From contig CAXBDQ010000012.1 of assembly GCA_963974675.1 (NCBI GenBank), positions 6,354 to 70,353 of the forward strand: DNA of 64,000 nucleotides. The letters run 5' to 3'. Positions within the stretch are counted from its first letter, which is position 1. The number at the start of each line of letters is the position of its first letter. Made by a program: the position numbers and the translations under genes. The DNA is from an uncultured Porticoccus sp. (lineage in GTDB: Bacteria > Pseudomonadota > Gammaproteobacteria > Pseudomonadales > Porticoccaceae). The notes below the pieces were generated by a model. It made no database searches, had not been told where the DNA came from, and saw only the letters and a program-made list of their open reading frames with translations. Positions 62,791 through 64,000 of the stretch are shown here, one piece after another.

Positions 62791-63542
62791 GCCTTGTAAC
62801 CACTCACAAAAATCCTGTTGTGCTGATCACAGGCGCTGCTCGCCGTATTGGCGCTGAAATCTCCCGTACCTTTCACAAAAATGGTTTTGATGTCGCACTC
62901 CACTACAATAAATCCATCCAGGATGTTGAAGCGCTCTCCCATGAGTTAAATACTCTTCGGGAAAATTCTGCCTCAATCTATCAAGCACAACTAACAAATA
63001 TTTCTGCCATTAACGCTCTGGTGGAGGATGTAATGAGCTGGAAAGGCAAGCTGAATGTACTCATCAACAACGCTTCAAGTTTTTACCCCACCCCATTGGA
63101 CCAGGCCAATGAAGAGCAATGGGATGAGCTCATGGGCAGTAATCTCAAAGGCCCCTACTTTCTCTGTCAGGCCGCGGCGCCTAAACTACAAGAAAGCGGT
63201 GGAAGTATTATTACCATTGCCGACATCTATGCCAGAAACCCTTTAAAAGGCTATAGCATCTACTGCATAGCCAAAGCAGGAAATGCCATGCTCACCAAAT
63301 CGCTGGCTAAAGAACTAGCGCCAAACGTGAGAGTAAACGGTATTGCACCGGGTGTTATTTTATGGCCCAACACTGACGACCAAATGAGTGAAACTACAAA
63401 ACAAACCGTGATAGATAACGTGCCCCTTAAACGCACGGGAAGCCCTGAAGATATAGCACAAACAGCCCTTTTCCTTGCAACCTCCGCCAGCTATATGACA
63501 GGCCAGGTTATTGCCGTAGACGGAGGCAGCTCCCTCACCTAA
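62787..63542 (+). CDS. Pteridine reductase (FolM-like SDR)
   Basis: TGAARRIG, NNASSFYPT, YCIAKA, RVNGIAPG; follows cca; TTG start. Confidence 0.9.
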   Translation: MSLVTTHKNPVVLITGAARRIGAEISRTFHKNGFDVALHYNKSIQDVEALSHELNTLRENSASIYQAQLTNISAINALVEDVMSWKGKLNVLINNASSFYPTPLDQANEEQWDELMGSNLKGPYFLCQAAAPKLQESGGSIITIADIYARNPLKGYSIYCIAKAGNAMLTKSLAKELAPNVRVNGIAPGVILWPNTDDQMSETTKQTVIDNVPLKRTGSPEDIAQTALFLATSASYMTGQVIAVDGGSSLT

Positions 63543-63587
63543 TCAATTGATACCGGTCAATAACTCAACAATTTTTTCTCTCAAACA

Positions 63588-63616
63588 CTTGAAATCCTCC
63601 ACGTCAAATCCCATGT
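63588..63616 (+). promoter_or_regulatory. sigma32 promoter of hsp20
   Basis: CTTGAAA-N14-TCCCATGT. Confidence 0.7.
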
Positions 63617-63699
63617 AATTAGTGCAGATTATTGAGCACATGGGTGTTCATGTATTTATCTGAAACAACTTAAAAACTCTCATTTTACGGAGGTGTAAC

Positions 63700-64000
63700 A
63701 TGACCTTAATACCCAGAGGAAACTTCTTTGATGTGGACCGTTTTGTTGATGATTTTTTGTCACCTTCTCGCACTCAAATGAACGCTAAAGGCTCATTCTT
63801 TGCGCCCCATGTAGATATTGTGGAACGTGACGGCCATTATGAAATAACCGCAGAAATGCCTGGCATGAAAAAAGAGGATATCAAGATCACTCTGGAAAAT
63901 GGCGTACTTCGCCTTGAAGCAGAAAGTCATATGGAAGATAAAGAAGAAAAAGAGGGCAAGATCATTCGCCAAGAACGTCGCTACGGCAAGTACGTTCGTA
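63700..64000 (+). CDS. Hsp20/alpha-crystallin small heat shock protein, truncated by the right edge and absent from the ORF track
   Basis: RBS ggaggt; MTLIPRGNFFDVDRF...PHVDIVE...EMPGMKKEDIKITLENGVL...IIRQERRYGKYVR. Confidence 0.93.
   Translation, partial: MTLIPRGNFFDVDRFVDDFLSPSRTQMNAKGSFFAPHVDIVERDGHYEITAEMPGMKKEDIKITLENGVLRLEAESHMEDKEEKEGKIIRQERRYGKYVR

Noticed and set aside
63676-63702. RNA thermometer in the hsp20 leader
   Set aside because: Only about 4 bp of pairing to the SD and no ROSE or fourU signature

Overview
64-kb window of a gammaproteobacterial chromosome; gene order and protein sequences suggest a marine Cellvibrionales/Pseudomonadales-like organism (tentative). Left to right: partial clpB-pgeF-rluD / bamD-nadE; pilS-pilR and a type IV minor-pilin cluster (fimT, fimU, pilVWX, an unknown secreted protein, pilY1, pilE); the murJ-ribF-ileS-lspA-fkpB-ispH block; rpsT; rplU-rpmA-obgE-proB; ispB; fabAB; GST; ssb; a YajR-like MFS gene; a ~23-kb surface-glycan locus (manC, wbpM-like dehydratase, phosphoglycosyltransferase, rmlBDAC, wzm/wzt, then an AT-rich core with a GT61, QdtC/A/B-like enzymes, GT2, methyltransferase, sulfotransferase, two DegT paralogs, WbqC, an unknown GT-B protein, then a GT2 and an SDR); uvrA; a 1.7-kb repeat-rich accessory segment with a 58-aa ORF missed by the ORF track, three TACTGT-N8-ACAT boxes and a VNTR lipoprotein; cca; a pteridine reductase; and a partial sigma32-driven hsp20. 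No rRNA, tRNA, CRISPR array or transposase was seen. The best candidates for undescribed biology are the SOS-like small-protein module after uvrA, the modified ABC-exported glycan, and the CsrA-like leaders on pilus and glycan genes. All protein calls come from my recognition of motifs, not from database searches.
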